Notes under the pieces: generated by a model
The model's input: only the letters and a program-made list of their open reading frames with translations
The model's database searches: none
Told to the model about the DNA's origin: nothing
Shown here: in pieces, positions 49,007-62,700 of the stretch
Numbering within the stretch: the first letter of the stretch is position 1
Layout of the letters: the number at the start of each line of letters is the position of its first letter
NCBI GenBank assembly: GCA_051362555.1
Contig: CM120643.1
Location: 7,254,001 to 7,318,000, forward strand
Source of the DNA: Lingula anatina
Lineage: Eukaryota; Animalia; Brachiopoda
Reading direction: 5' to 3'
Length of the DNA stretch: 64,000 bases
Position numbers and translations under genes: made by a program

Positions 49007-51870
49007 ATTATCTGGGATGAGAAAACTTGGGTTGAAGTGAGCAATGAGACTGTAAAAAGATGAAACATCTGCATTTCTGTAGCTGGAAATCTTCCCAGCA
49101 TTGGATTTTGGGATTTCTGCCTGCATCTCCTTTTGTATATTTGAGTTTAGCCTAGGGTTGTTAGGAGGAGGAGCATATGTGTAGCTGGGTGTTTTCTGAA
49201 ATATTGAAAATCATCCAATAATTGATTCTGCTGACTGGCAAATATAGTCAAAATATTCCACAGATGGGGACATTTATTCTTCTGGTGGTTTGATGTTGTA
49301 CTATAATACCTCAATATGAGTATAATGTCTTTTTATGTTCTTGTATATACATATGTGCTTGTAAGTCAAGCCAAATATATTGTCAAACATAACAGAAATG
49401 ATACAAGTGTCTGTTTTTAATTACAAGAAGGCAATACATGTATGTCTCAAAGGCAATCCATGATATCTGTACAGGCACATACATGCATGCACAAACTAAA
49501 AATAGAAAAAAAGTAATAAATACCTCTTTCTTGTTGTCCACATCTCCCATGGCAACCATATCTTCCTTGACAACCAAATTTTCCTTGGCAACCACTTCTT
49601 CAATCTGTGCCATAGCCTGGTGTTCAACAGTTGCACGTGCCAAATCATAGCCCTTCTCAAAGTCATAAGCCACCTGTTTCATCATGGTCTCCACACTTCC
49701 ATGCACAACTTGTTGGAACCCATCACTGATTGTGCAACTGAAAAAAAAATACAAGAAATTATTTAATGAATCTTTTTTCAATCAAGAAATATAGTAAAAA
49801 ATTAGTTTTATTGGTAGAATAACACTCTGACTATAATTTCTAACTCCATTTACACACTCAGAACATGTGTCACATAAACAAGAAAATGTGAAATCATTAT
49901 AATACTATTAATAGTCTACGAAATGGCTATGAGCAAGGACCTGTGGTCAACTACCAAAACTAAAGACAAATTAACTTTATTCCAACATAACTGTGAAATG
50001 AGGAGTCTTAAAATGAACATGAAATAAACTGTCTCCTTACATGTCATCATACTGGGGCTCATCTTCCAGGCTCTGCAGCACGGTGTCATTAGTGTCCTCT
50101 CTGTCACAGCACCTGATATTGTACATTGCTAAATCATATATGCCATTCACAAGGAATGTTCCTATATTGACAAGGAGGCTGGAGAGGAAGATGCCTCTAT
50201 CAAGCTGAATGACACCAACAGCACTGAGAAGGGTACTGGTAAGCAGCATGTTTGCAAACATGTAGTTCAAGGTGCTGTTAAACCACAGAAGGACAGGGGC
50301 CAGCTTCAAGCTGGAACAGCGTGTCCATCCATGACAGGACCACAAATACAGAAGGCAAGTTTGCAGTCCAAACCTGAAAAATATTTTAAAAAATTTATAT
50401 CAAATATCAAAGTAAGGACATTTTACATGAAAATTACTACAAGTACATTCCATGTTGAAGAAAAACTGAATACTGCATTAAGAAATCAGAATATGTATCA
50501 TTATTATTATTATCTATCATATTTTATTTGTTGATAACTTGTAAAAGCAGACATTTCAAAGTACATCATATGCTTATTTATCAATTGTGAGAAAGTCTCC
50601 AACTTACCTGTAGTTCTTACAAGACTCCAAAGTGGTGTATCCCACTGTGAGGCATCCGTTGCTGCTGAAGTGGGATTCACAGCCAGATACAGTATCATAT
50701 ACTGTTATATCCAGCACATTCCTTCAATGAAAGAAAAATAATAATAAAAATTCATTCAAATATCTTTATACAACACATTTAACAATCAATATTTCAAATA
50801 AATCTGGGCTTCTATCCATCTAAACTGAGAAGCTAGCTAACAGTTTTTTTTTTCAAAAATACATAAGAGTATGTTAAATTGGCATTGAACTCCATCTGAA
50901 CATGTAAAAATATCTACTATAAATAACATAACAATATGAATATAACTTAAACTACAGATGCATCCAAGGTATTCAAGACACAAAGCATATTTCAGAACAT
51001 TGACAAAAATCATCTTCATTTGATTTGCAGAACTTTCTTTATACAGGTCCAATAGTGTAAATATGTTTGTGATGTTCCAGTTTGTATTTTTAAAATTACC
51101 ATTGAGCTCCTGGTCTATCACTGATGTACACCACAACCTTCTTCAGTTTTCCCAGGGACTCTGAGTTTAAAATAAAAAAGATTCACTATAATGATTAAAT
51201 GTTAGTGTGTTGTTTTTGAGTACAACATGCATCAAATATAACAGAGTTGTAGTTTAATTCTAAAAATAAATTTAGTTAATGCATAACAATACCATAAGAA
51301 CCCTGTTTTACAAATCACCAAGAATTCTTGCACTAACTCTCTCTGAACATGCTCTGCACTTAACTTTATGATAAAAAGTCAACATAACTGAGTTAACATG
51401 ATACTTTAAGTAATAGTAACCATATATAATATAGCCACTGACTGAGATGAACAGCAAACTGCGACCTGATGTTCCAGTTAAGACTGTACATGCTGAATTG
51501 AATGTGATAAAGTAAATGGCAGTCAGCTGCTAATAATACTGTTGAATCAATATTTGCAGGAAAAGAAATTTATATGTGCTCCAAAATATTCAAGATACTC
51601 ACCTTTTGTATACAAAAGAAACCATTTCTTCTGTCCTACCCCAAGGAAATTGTGCTTCCTCCCATGTTCATTCAGATTATATTCAGGAGATACCCCCTGG
51701 TCTCCCATCAACTGTAATCTGACTTTGGGTGTCTTTACTGCTACAAAACAACATATTTCTATAGTTTGGAATAAATTCAGTTAAACAACAACTTCAACAA
51801 TTATATACAACTGTTAGACTCTTCATTGGCCTATATCTAATTATATTTTTGTCATTTTAATATTAAAATA

Positions 51871-51924
<54 letters not shown>

Positions 51925-52841
51925 CACAATAATAACTAGTTTAAGCTTTTCAACAAGGATCAGAAAAATCAACAACTTGAAAGATCTTAGCATCATTTTT
52001 ACCTCTTTTCAGCCCATTTTGAACTGCTACCATGTATCTATAGTGATGTTCACCAGAATATTTGGGAACAACTATGATACCACTCTGCTTTCTCTGAAAT
52101 GATAATGACCATTATATTTAATAAGGCAAAGGAAAGAAAGGAAAGGAAATGAAAGAAATGTAAATATAAAACATTAATGTTATAAAACTGATTACAGCAG
52201 AAACTGTTTTTATACTTTCATGCAAAGTATTATTAATTTAAAATGTAAGTGCAACACAAAATTTTGTTTCACTCTCAGTACCTTCTTCCAATTGAACCAA
52301 ATGATATAACTCGTGCTGAGTAACATAATGCCCAAAAACCCAAAGATGAATGCAAATGTGAAATTCTGGTACAGCATGAACTTTTGTGGAGCTTTTTTCA
52401 TGGCAAAAGCTAGCAAAGAAAAGAAAGGATGTAGCTTAAAAATGGAAAGCAAGGAAGCAACCAAGGGCAAAGAGAAGTATAGGAAGCACGATTAATTTAA
52501 ATGAATATAAAAAAATAGAGAAAGTAGGGTCTAATGAATTAGTCTCAAACAAAACAAAACAATAACACAAAGTAAGATGCTGAATGCATGGAACTTTGAC
52601 AAACCAAATTAAAAAAAAAAAAAAAGAAAAAAATAAAAAAATAAATCACAATTTGTGCTAAATGAATGGTGAAAAAACATTGGTTCCCCGTGAGTTGTTT
52701 TAATGTATATAGCCTGCTTTGTAAACAAAAAAGGTGCAGAAGGGTTACATAAGTCTATAGTTTGATGATATACTAATTACCTCCATGGAGAGGTTGCATG
52801 AGTAGCAACATCAACAAAACTTTGATCTTCAAGTTCTTCAT
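48100..52841 (-). CDS. Truncated-architecture polycystin-1 (PKD1L/PKDREJ/LOV-1)-like membrane protein with PLAT domain, about 560-590 aa
   Basis: Phase-compatible exons 52841-52781, 52409-52282, 52093-52003, 51740-51603, 51160-51100, 50721-50608, 50373-50041, 49737-49524, 49195-(48976?), 48778-48725 and 48443-48100. Signal peptide MKNLKIKVLLMLLLMQPLHG; TM1; PLAT (YRYMVAVQNG, VRLQLMGDQGVS, LGKLKKVVV, W..LDITVYD); TM2-3; TM4-5 (LPHFLIYPAFIL...IVYG...W...FQTLK); then stop. Confidence 0.8.
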
Positions 52842-52959
52842 ACTGGCAATTTTGTATATGTTCTCCCTGTATCAAATAATATGAAGCCGTGTACAACAAA
52901 CACGTATATTTAAAAAAAGAAGTCGCGATTCAGCGAATAAACGAGAAATTATCGATATT

Positions 52960-53070
52960 TCAAACAATTTGGACGGAGTTGACTTTGACTTCCGCCCAAA
53001 TCTCACAAATGTCTGTTGCTAATTGACGTCACAGACACAATCAGCTCACGTGACCATTGTGCTGGGATGT
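52960..53070. promoter_or_regulatory. Candidate promoter cluster upstream of the polycystin-like gene
   Basis: ETS-like acttccgcc (~52988), CRE tgacgtca (~53024) and E-box/CLEAR tcacgtga (~53046) within 70 bp in CpG-retaining sequence. Confidence 0.45.
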
Positions 53071-53597
53071 GCGTTAAAACAGCCAAATCGATAAAACAAT
53101 AATAGTTATAAATAACATTCACCTTGATTGGGGCTTTAATAAATTACTTTAAAGAGGATAAGTATGGTTTATGTTATTTTTCGTATTTGTTTGAATATAT
53201 GCATATAGATCTACTTAAATAGAAGACAGAGGAAGACTGGCTACGCTAAGCAGGGGCGGATCCAGGATTATTTGAAGAGGGTGTCCGCGGATGCGAAGTC
53301 GAGCCCCCCGCCCTTTGGCGTGGGTTCGGGGCCTGCTGAAGATCCCCGAAAAAATGTTATTTTTTGAGGGCAGACGGTGTCATTTGGTATTGATTGAAAT
53401 TATGATTCAGCTAGTCAAAATTCTAATTTCAGGAGGGGATCATTGGTGTGATTTTGTTACAGAAATTGAAAAAGGGGGGGGGGGTAGGAGCCCCCTGAAT
53501 AAAGGTTAGACATGAATCTCAGCAATATTATTATTACTTAAATACACATCTGAATCCTGCACATGTGCACACACACACACGCGCGCACTGGTATATG

Positions 53598-53769
53598 CAG
53601 GGGCGGATTTAGGCCGTCTTCTGGGTCTTCCGGAAGACGGTCAGATTTTCAAGTTTACATTGACGGGTCCCTATCTAATTTTTTCTTTTGGAAGACGGTC
53701 AAAATTGGAGGATGAATCAGCAAAGATAATTTGGAAGACTGTCAGTAAATAGCTCTGGATCCGCCCCTG
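53598..53769. mobile_element. hAT-like MITE with 5-bp TSD atatg
   Basis: TIRs caggggcggat / atccgcccctg flanked by atatg on both sides. Confidence 0.85.
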
Positions 53770-54244
53770 ATATGCACACTATATTGCAGAGCACAATTTA
53801 GCCTTTGACACAAGAGCTCCGAGAACTGGAGTAGTTTGCAATGGATGTCAACGTAAGCGACGCAGATGTGTCAACCTCATCCACCAGATCCAAAGGCGTT
53901 CCAAAATGAGCCCAACACACTTAAAAACATGTCATACAAAGTTTAAATACCTCTACTGAGTATGTAAAATTCAACAAGTATGTAAAAGTCAAGATTTCGT
54001 CGCTGTCAGTCACAAGCAGGTACCTCTGTCTAAACGGCCTTGACCTATAATCATATTATTTCACTAGAGTCTATGCCAATCTAAGTGTGCATATATTTAA
54101 TTTTATTTCTTCACCATGATTTTCTGTCGCAAAAGATGTCCTAAATAAATAACTAACCACACTAGAATGACTTTATTTTCTAGTTTGATATGAGTGTGGT
54201 TTGTGTGACTTCATTGAGGTGGGTAACAGTTAAGACAATTCCTT

Positions 54245-54628
54245 TTTGAACGGTGACAAGTGGGTCGAGTCCATTCGATTTGAGAAGTTACAGTTAGGAC
54301 GAGTCCATTCTATTTGAGGGGTAACAGGTAGGGCGAGTCTATTCCATTTGAGGGGTTGCAGGTGGGGCGAGTCCATTCCATCTGAGGGGTGACAGGTGGG
54401 CCAAGTCCATTCTTTTTGAGGGGTGGCAGGTGGGGTGAGTCCATTTCATCTGAGGGGTGACAGGTGAGGCGAGTCCATACCATTTGAGGGGTGACAGGTG
54501 AGGCGAGTCCATTCCATCTGAAGGGGTGACAGGAGGGACGAGTTCATTTCATCTGAGGGGTGACAGGTGGGGCGATTCCATCCTTTTTGAGGGGTGACAG
54601 GTGAGGCGTGTTCGTCCGATTTGAGGAG
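54245..54628. repeat. ~34-bp tandem repeat, about 11 diverged copies
   Basis: Unit tttgaggggtgacaggtggggcgagtccattcca. Confidence 0.85.
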
Positions 54629-57600
54629 CGCATGCACGTAAAATCACCACAAAATTACATTATAATGTCCGTGCAATTAACTTTATAAAATATATTTTTT
54701 TAAATATTGTGTTAGCAAAGTTTTGGGGGGATATAAACTTGTATCATGCAGAATTAATCATAAAATTATTGGTCTTAAAAATTTGCTTTTCCACAATTTC
54801 ATATAAATATAACCTTTTTGTCGGTACATTTGTGACTGTGTAGAAATAAATCTACATCACAAAATTAAATTAAGGGATCAATATATTTAAAACATTTTTT
54901 TTAAAGAAGCCAGTTTCAACTGTTGCCATTTCAAGTGTCTCTCAACTTTCTCATTTTTTTCGTTTAAATTTTAAATTGAAGTATTCATATGATAAGAAGA
55001 TCGTGAAATTTTAATCAATTTTCTGCAACAATAACCAGAATCCTTCAAAAATGGACCCATATTAAAATTGAGAGAATGATATCCCGGAGGACGTATTCAT
55101 TTATTCCAAGAAATATAAAACAACTATCTAACTACAGAATAAAATACAGAATAGCTTTTCAAAAAGCAAAATCGTAAATTCACACATATTGTATTTATAA
55201 ATGTGGGCTGTTGGAAAATCTTGAACGTGTATTCTTAAAATGCTCAAACTCAATAATTTACAAAATACTAGGAATATTTACAAACTTAAAAAAAGCTTTT
55301 GGTTTTAGATATCTTCTGTTACTGCAGAAATCAACAATCCCAAACACAATATTTACAGATCAGTTTTAGCGGATTAAATTCGAAAGCACTCAAACAGTTA
55401 TCATACCTTTATTATTACCACTATTTTTATCGACATTATTTCATATCAAATGTAAAGAAACAAGCAATGACAAACTTATATCCAGCTTTTATTAAAATGC
55501 AATAGTTGCATGAATTTGCGTTTGGTTCCAGAAAGTGAATGAAAGGCTTGGTTGCTAGCAGGCGAGTGTTGCGCAGTACTCAGCATCTCAGCGGACTTCT
55601 GAAATGAGAAAGTAATGTAATGCAATATTTGACTAAACGGGCATATTCGGAAAATACAACTAATGCATTTTACATCAAAGAAATGAAATGAATTCGCGCG
55701 CTTGAAATGATGTGGGTGTTCACTGACTCGTCCGATGTTCAGGCTCAGCACCCCTCAAAAAGCCAATCTACATCGAGGTTACGCCAAAATTAAGATCTGA
55801 AGTTATTGATAAAGATATTTGAGATATCTTGCTTTAAAAAATAAATATTGAAAACAATTCTTTAATTCGTGGAGGTTATTACTAGAGACGTTAATTTATT
55901 TTACCAACTATTCAATGTTGTAATATCTAAAATCGCTATGCAACACGCGTTTGTGCGCCATATTTTGACCATAAAATTGATGTATACGTTGATAGGGTAC
56001 TCTTGTCTTTGGACCAAAAGCTCGGAACTGTGACAAGCACCGTATTATCATCTAAATTATTCCGTGATCTTTGTAGTAATATTCCCATCTACTTATTTGC
56101 TAGCTAATATTATGAGTGACATAAAAGAAACGAAAGGCAAATCATAACAAAGAATCATAACATAATTACTTGTACTTTTTCTTGCATTCTTTAACGCTTT
56201 TTATACCTACTGACAGAGGTAATTGAAGAAAAAAGTGATACTTACGGAACATGCACTTGTTTCTTCGTCTCATAAAAGCTTGACCTTGCAACTGTACCAC
56301 ACATGCTGTTGCGTCTTCACTCTGATGTGTCCTACTGCCTAGTGAGCACTGGGGAAGACAGCTCGCACTACGATCAGCAACTTATTGTTATGCAAATTAC
56401 AGACAGGTATGGCCCATTTTAGGTGAGGGACTGTGGCTGAAACTGTTCACGAATGTTCACTGCCAAAATCATGTATATGAAGATTTGTTGTTAAAATACA
56501 CCATTTTATTCCACAAATAAAGCGCATGCGTCTTTCATCATGCGGTTTGATTCAACACTTCCACAAAACTCAACGCCAGGGAAAGAGAATATTGATAGTG
56601 GCGGATTTAGAGGGGGCCAGGGAGGTTGTGACCCCTCTTCGGTTTCTGAAAAAATTACACTAATATTCCCCTCTTGTTTTGATTTTTTTCAATTGAGGCT
56701 TACTGTCTGGTAACTCTCAGATTTAGGTTGATGATTTTGAGTAACAGCAAGCTGACTTCAAGTAGTAGACCTAGTAGTTAAAACAGAATAAAGAAAAAAT
56801 ATAAGGTCGCAAATCGCAAAGAGATATTATAGGGAAAGATGATGTTTTGAAAAAGAAATTAAAAATAGGGCCTAATGCAATAGGCGATTAAGGACAATAG
56901 TACCAAAAATGCGATCAAAATCCATTTCCGGCTATATTTTGCTTGTTATACCTTTAAAAATTAATAACTACAGGGTTACTACTTAATACTTTGTTGCTTT
57001 TGCATGGGGGCACGTACGCGCGCTCGAGAGAGAGAGAGAGAGATAGAGAGAGAGAGTATTTATTTAACGTTAGAACGTGATATTAGACTACAATGCAATT
57101 TCTTTGACTTTCATTTGAAAAAAGGATGTCCTTTTTGAATGTGGTAGGCATCATGTTTGTGGAATGTGGGGTCACTTACAATGACCAGTTCGAAAGAAAG
57201 TTGAAATAACAAGATTTTGCAAATTAGATAGATAATAATTTATTAAACCAATAAGATACAAATGTATAACATCTGGAATTTTTTGCCCTGTAATAGCCCC
57301 ATTATTGAATAAAACTTTTTAAATGTACTAAAATGAAATTACGTATTAGTGTTAAAAAGAGCTACTGCTGAAGGATAAAAGCTAGATAAAATCGCTTACT
57401 GCCCTTAAAAACTAAAAGCCTTGAGTTTATACTGGGTAAAAATTTGAATAGGGTTTGAGCTGGATCAGTCATGATGGAAGCTGTTTTATTTGCTGAATGG
57501 GGGTAAGATTCGTTCCAATTACATTACCTGCCATTTCAACAATCCTTTCTAGTTGTTTTTTTATCCTCTTCAGTTTCACGCCCATACCAAACAGTTACAG

Positions 57601-58509
57601 CGAAAGTTAAAATACTTTTCAAAACACACCTATAAAAGTTCGTTAAAATAGACACATTCCTGGTAAAAGTTTTCAATTTCCTTAAAAAGTACATTCACTG
57701 TCTTGCTTTTTTAAATCATTTCGTGAATACACTCATCAATATTAATTGTGTCTCTCTTTGCTCGTCAAATGTAAAACTGTAGTATGTCACAAATGAAAAA
57801 CACACTGTCTCACACTGTGGTATATTATACCTTGCAAGTACTTATTACAGATATAGGAACAACTTCATTCTACATTTGTACAGAAAGATCTTCTGTTATT
57901 TCGGATCGGTAGATGGAGGAACTGACGTGCCAAGACACGTTAATTAAAAACCTTTTAAATTTAACGATATTCTTTGTTGAGATAAATGGTGATTTTATGG
58001 CCTCCTATATGTACATATTTACAGTGGCTAACGGCTTGTCACATCTGGACCATCCCCCCCACCCCCACCCCGGGACAATCCCCCCTTGGACGACCCCTCC
58101 CCCCAAGAAATATATATTTATGTAAAAATATAAAGGAAAAAGTATAAAGTTCAAATCTTTTCATCCATTTTATGAATATTTCCTATTGTGATGATGCAAG
58201 CCGAGGATAAAGAATGCTAACTTCATTAAACAAATTATTTTCATGGAGTACAAGTACAGAAAATTTTAGAAATGTAAGTACAGAAAATTTAATTAAAAAT
58301 CTGATCAAAGTATATCTCCAGGTAAAGGTGGGGTAAACAGATGATCTCACGCTCAGGTAACCCTCTGATGAATTAATATTTACTTTTTATTGATTCATTA
58401 CTCCCCCCTTGATTAAGTAAGCCTTGCATCAAGGTGCATCTCTAGGGAGAGGTGGGGATTCTCGCTTATCTAGGTATCCCTTTGGTTATCTGTCACTTTT
58501 AATTGCTTG

Positions 58510-58781
58510 ACTACTACCCACCTACCCACTACCTACTACCCACCTACTCACTACCTACTACCCACTACCTACTACCCACCTACTCACTACCTACTACCCA
58601 CTACCTACTACCCACCTACTCACTACCTACTACCCACTATCTACTACCCACCTACTCACTACCTACCTACCCCACTACCTACTACCCACTACCTACTACC
58701 CACCTACCCACTGCCTACTACCCACCTACCCACTACCTACTACCCACCTACCCACTGCCTACTACCCACCTACCCACTACC
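58510..58781. repeat. C/A-rich minisatellite (ctac/ccac units, ~36-bp period)
   Basis: ctacccacctactcactacctactacccactacctac repeated. Confidence 0.9.
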
Positions 58782-58998
58782 TGTCACACTGAAAATATTC
58801 ATAAAATATCCGTTTACCTGTTCATCTATTTCCCCACTTTTACCTGGAGGATAGGTGGTTATACTTTGATTTGTAATAATACTTTCTGTACTTGTACTCA
58901 ACAAAAAAGGACTTTGTTATGAAGTAATTCATTTAATGATGAAGTTGTATTATCACACTAAAAACATTAATAAATTGGATGAAATGTTTTGAACTTAA

Positions 58999-59344
58999 AG
59001 GGGTAATAACTCTTCGTATGAGCTCTATATTTCACAATAAAAACATTGAGAACAACTCATAGAAATATAATATACTCTGTTTTACCACAGAAATGGCAGT
59101 TATAGCTATTATTCTGATATCTGAGCTTGTCTTCAGACCATGTGACCGCCATTGACGGCTATACTCAGTTATAATCTCTTAAGAGATTTTAACAAAAAAC
59201 CAAACTTTTTTGAAAAAAACCAGGGACTAACTTTGAATGTAAAAATAGATTCATTAACCACTGGCAAGTATGGGAAAATTGTTGTTTACTCTAGGAAAAT
59301 TAATTTTTTTTAGCCAAAAATTTTGATGAAGAGTTATTACCCCT
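58999..59344. mobile_element. Kolobok-like MITE with perfect 17-bp TIR and TTAA TSD
   Basis: ttaa|AGGGGTAATAACTCTTC...GAAGAGTTATTACCCCT|ttaa. Confidence 0.85.
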
Positions 59345-59348
59345 TTAA

Positions 59349-59702
59349 AGGCCCATACGTGCTCAGATTTTTACGAAAAATCCCCTGATTTTCCTCATTA
59401 AAATAGTTTGGTGGTGTTCAAATATACCTAACTTACATGTCTGCTCACAACGAACTCATAAATTTCTTCCATAGGATGTTTTTGAGCGCACAGGGCCTCT
59501 GAACTGGAGGAACGGATAGATATCACAAGTTTACGGCCAGACGTATAATAAAGTTGCAGTTTTAAAGCTTTTTTTCGGCTGATCGAGTGATAAATTCCAT
59601 TTTGGGTTCTTTTGTTTCAGTTGTGTAAGAAGCTGGTAGTAGTAGTAATTTGTATGCGTTACAGGGAATGTACAGAGCGGCTTTCTTGCTTGTTATGCAT
59701 CT
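59349..59702. mobile_element. Second TTAA-flanked Kolobok-like insertion, adjacent to the first
   Basis: ttaa|aggcccata...tatgcatct|ttaa; removing both insertions rejoins the foldback arm. Confidence 0.55.
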
Positions 59703-62700
59703 TTAACACTAATTTACTTTATATTTGTATATAAATATATGTTTCTATGGGGGGGGGGGCGAATCATCCAGGGGAGAAATTGTCCTGGGGGGGGGGGGGT
59801 TGTCCTGGGGGGAATTGTCCAAGGATCCTCTACGGCTCAGGGTAAATCTACTGCTATCAACTTAATAAGTATCTCATGAATAAAGGCTAATTATCAAAAC
59901 AAAGCTAATTGTCTGTTTGATAAGAACAATATGACAACATGACACATTTTAAGATATAAGAGGTGAACTGTTGATGCGAAAAATCAATGCAACTCAATCA
60001 ATGGAACTTGAGTGTGAATTTTTGACTCTTTCTTTTCATGTGCATTTCACAAAAATCTGCATTTCTGCAATAAAAGAATTCTATTACTGATAGGCTGTTT
60101 TTTTAAATCAAGCTGTATATCAGCCCTTTTAATCTTTTCTTTGAGTATGAGAATAATTAGTAAGGTTTTCCTTAATATAAATGGTCTTCATTAGCCTCTA
60201 CCAGGGTGGCAGATATTAAAGGCACATTTTTCACATTTCCAAAGTCAAATGTCTATCTATTTATAAGACACATCTGTGAATATCTTGTGAAAAAGCAACC
60301 TGTGGCCCTGGTAGAGGGTAGGTCTTTATAGTGGCAGTTACCAAAATAGGGGTTTTGTCAATTTTATTGCAATATTACAAAATGCTTTATCACCACCAAT
60401 TTAAATTATGCACAGCAGGTAACATAGATAGTCAGCACATGTGACAAGGAAAAAGTCTTCAGGAACATGGAAGTTCAAGGTCACAAAATTGTCTAACTTT
60501 ATGAAAAATGTTTAATTTAGTAATATACATCATTCCTATAAGTTTGAAGGGAATAGGTCAAATAGTTTTTCCTCAAAGGATGTTATCTGAATGAATCTAG
60601 GTTTAAAAAAAAAAGAATATTAATAATAATAAATAAATAAATAAATAAAATCCCTCTGAACATTTATCATGGGACCCTACACTTAACCAGCCTGGGGTCC
60701 GGGGGCCGCCTTAGGAATTGAATTAAAAAACACAGAAATTCCGCGGTTCCATGGACAAAGCTCATGTCCGTATCTGTATTGCATTTATACTGAAGTAAAT
60801 ACAGAAGCCAACAACTTTTGAAAAAAATGGTATAATCAAGTGGATTTTCTACCTCCACCTGTACTTAATGAATACTTATCAGTTGTATAAGTTTGAAAAA
60901 ATAAGTTAACATAGTTTTCTTATAATAATATTTTAGTTAAACCATCACTTGAAATGCACTGCCACTTTAAGATTTAAGATTGGTCTATCCCCATGGGGAG
61001 TCTCACTAGATTACTGTCAGATAATTCGGCTTAAATGTCCGTCCTGCCTACTACAAGCTGTAAGGGGGTAATTAACTTCTGTCCGTGGTCAGCTGACTGC
61101 AATTTAGCGTGAACCTCCAGGGAGTTAGGTCGATCTAGTGAGATCGTTCTTATTCTCTGGGAATGCCTTCTTACATTTTTATTTACTATGTAAAAGAGCA
61201 AGAAAGTTTTATATGTATTTTGTTTCATTTAGTTTTTAGGGACTTTTTTAAATACAAATTTTTAAAAATTATCCTAGTATTTGAAGTAAAGTTTTTAGCT
61301 TATAAAATCTTCAGAGTTTAGACAATAACCCATTTCACGCGTTCAATATGGACCATTTTATTTTGTTAGTACATCTTTAGCTTTACTATTTGGAAAATCA
61401 TTTCCCATCATATTTGATCTGATGTTTCTATCTGTAGTGAAACAAAGAAAGCTAAGACAGTTTTTTGGTGCACAGAGAATTTTGAGTGTACTGTGGGTAA
61501 AAGAGACGAAATGTTAACAACTACTTAGTTTATCTTTTTAATATACTTTTAGGTTGAAAATGGCCTTTTCATTGTTTTACTGCATTTGAGCAATTTTATA
61601 CAATTCTGATGAATATGCATTATAGGGCAGTCATCATTTACTGTGATGGAATGAAATATTTCTAATAATATCTTTCACATATTTTATTTCCAGACAACAT
61701 AAAAATATGTACAATGCTTTACACCTCTAACAATTCAATTAGTGAAATAACAAATGTAACATCAGAACATTCAACATAATTCAACACAAACATTTATCTT
61801 CTGCAAGCATTTGCCTCATTTTCAATTTCCATATTACTGTGATTACAGGACCAACCTGGAAGGGGGTGATTAAGACACCCCTGCACACCCCTTCAACAAT
61901 CAGAGTGTGCCCCAATAGCTTTAACACAGTCTTCACACCAAATGTCAGTCACTATGTCAGTGCTCAAAGACTATATAAGAAAACAGAATTCATTATTTTT
62001 TAAAGTCACATGTGAAGATTTTCAACCATGCATGTGCACTATTATGATATGCCCTTGTTTATATTACTAGCAAGACCAAGAATAAAAAGGCCTAGTTTAC
62101 AGCTTGTGAACTTGGTTTCAGATTATTGTTCAACATTCATTGGCTCCTTTCTTTTTTTTATGTCAGTGGAGAGTTATCAAATCTTCTTCAATGCTGTCAG
62201 AAAGCACTCCAAATGTCTCCTAATTATTGGGTAACCTGTAAAAAAGCAAATAAAAAACTTCAATATTTCATGATGAAACACTACATCCATGCGGTATTCT
62301 ACAGCAAAAAAGCCTTTGACCTTATTATAAAAATTATCTAACTCCACACACAGCCGAAGAATGTTAATTTTGAAAATATTGTACCTAAAACCCTTTACAC
62401 TGGACCGCATCCTTTCTGCTTCCTTTGCATGACCATGAAACTGGCATTGCTGTGGTCGTAGAAAGGAGGCACAAGCATCACTTTGGTTGCAAAATGAATG
62501 CTCAATGATCAGCCAGTTGTCAGAACGTATTTTTTTTTTAAATTTCAAATGGGGCCGTACTACAGAATGCAGAAAGGACATCATCCATTGTAAAGGGGGC
62601 TTAAGACAAGAGACAGAAAAACTGGCAAATGTACAGGCACCAGTCTTAGTAAATATAGCCACACAGCAAATATGAAGTAAAAACAAGGCAACAAAGTTGT

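Larger units (their letters stand above)
58031..59828. mobile_element. Foldback-type element with ~300-bp imperfect inverted arms, a central minisatellite and nested MITEs
   Basis: The left arm (ggacaatcccccc...aagttcaaatcttttcatcca...gtacaagtacagaaa...ctccaggtaaaggtgggg) is mirrored at 58820-58995 plus 59706-59828. Same family as 21461-21666. Confidence 0.7.

Noticed and set aside
54245-54628. Repeat-spacer array
   Set aside because: The variable positions are point variants of one ~34-bp unit, not unique spacers.
58510-58781. Interstitial telomeric repeat
   Set aside because: The units are not TTAGGG/TTAGG; it is an irregular ctac/ccac minisatellite.
58503-58922. Extensin/adhesive-like Tyr-Pro-Thr-His repeat protein
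   Set aside because: It is the translation of a minisatellite open in multiple frames, lacks a signal peptide, and sits inside a foldback element.
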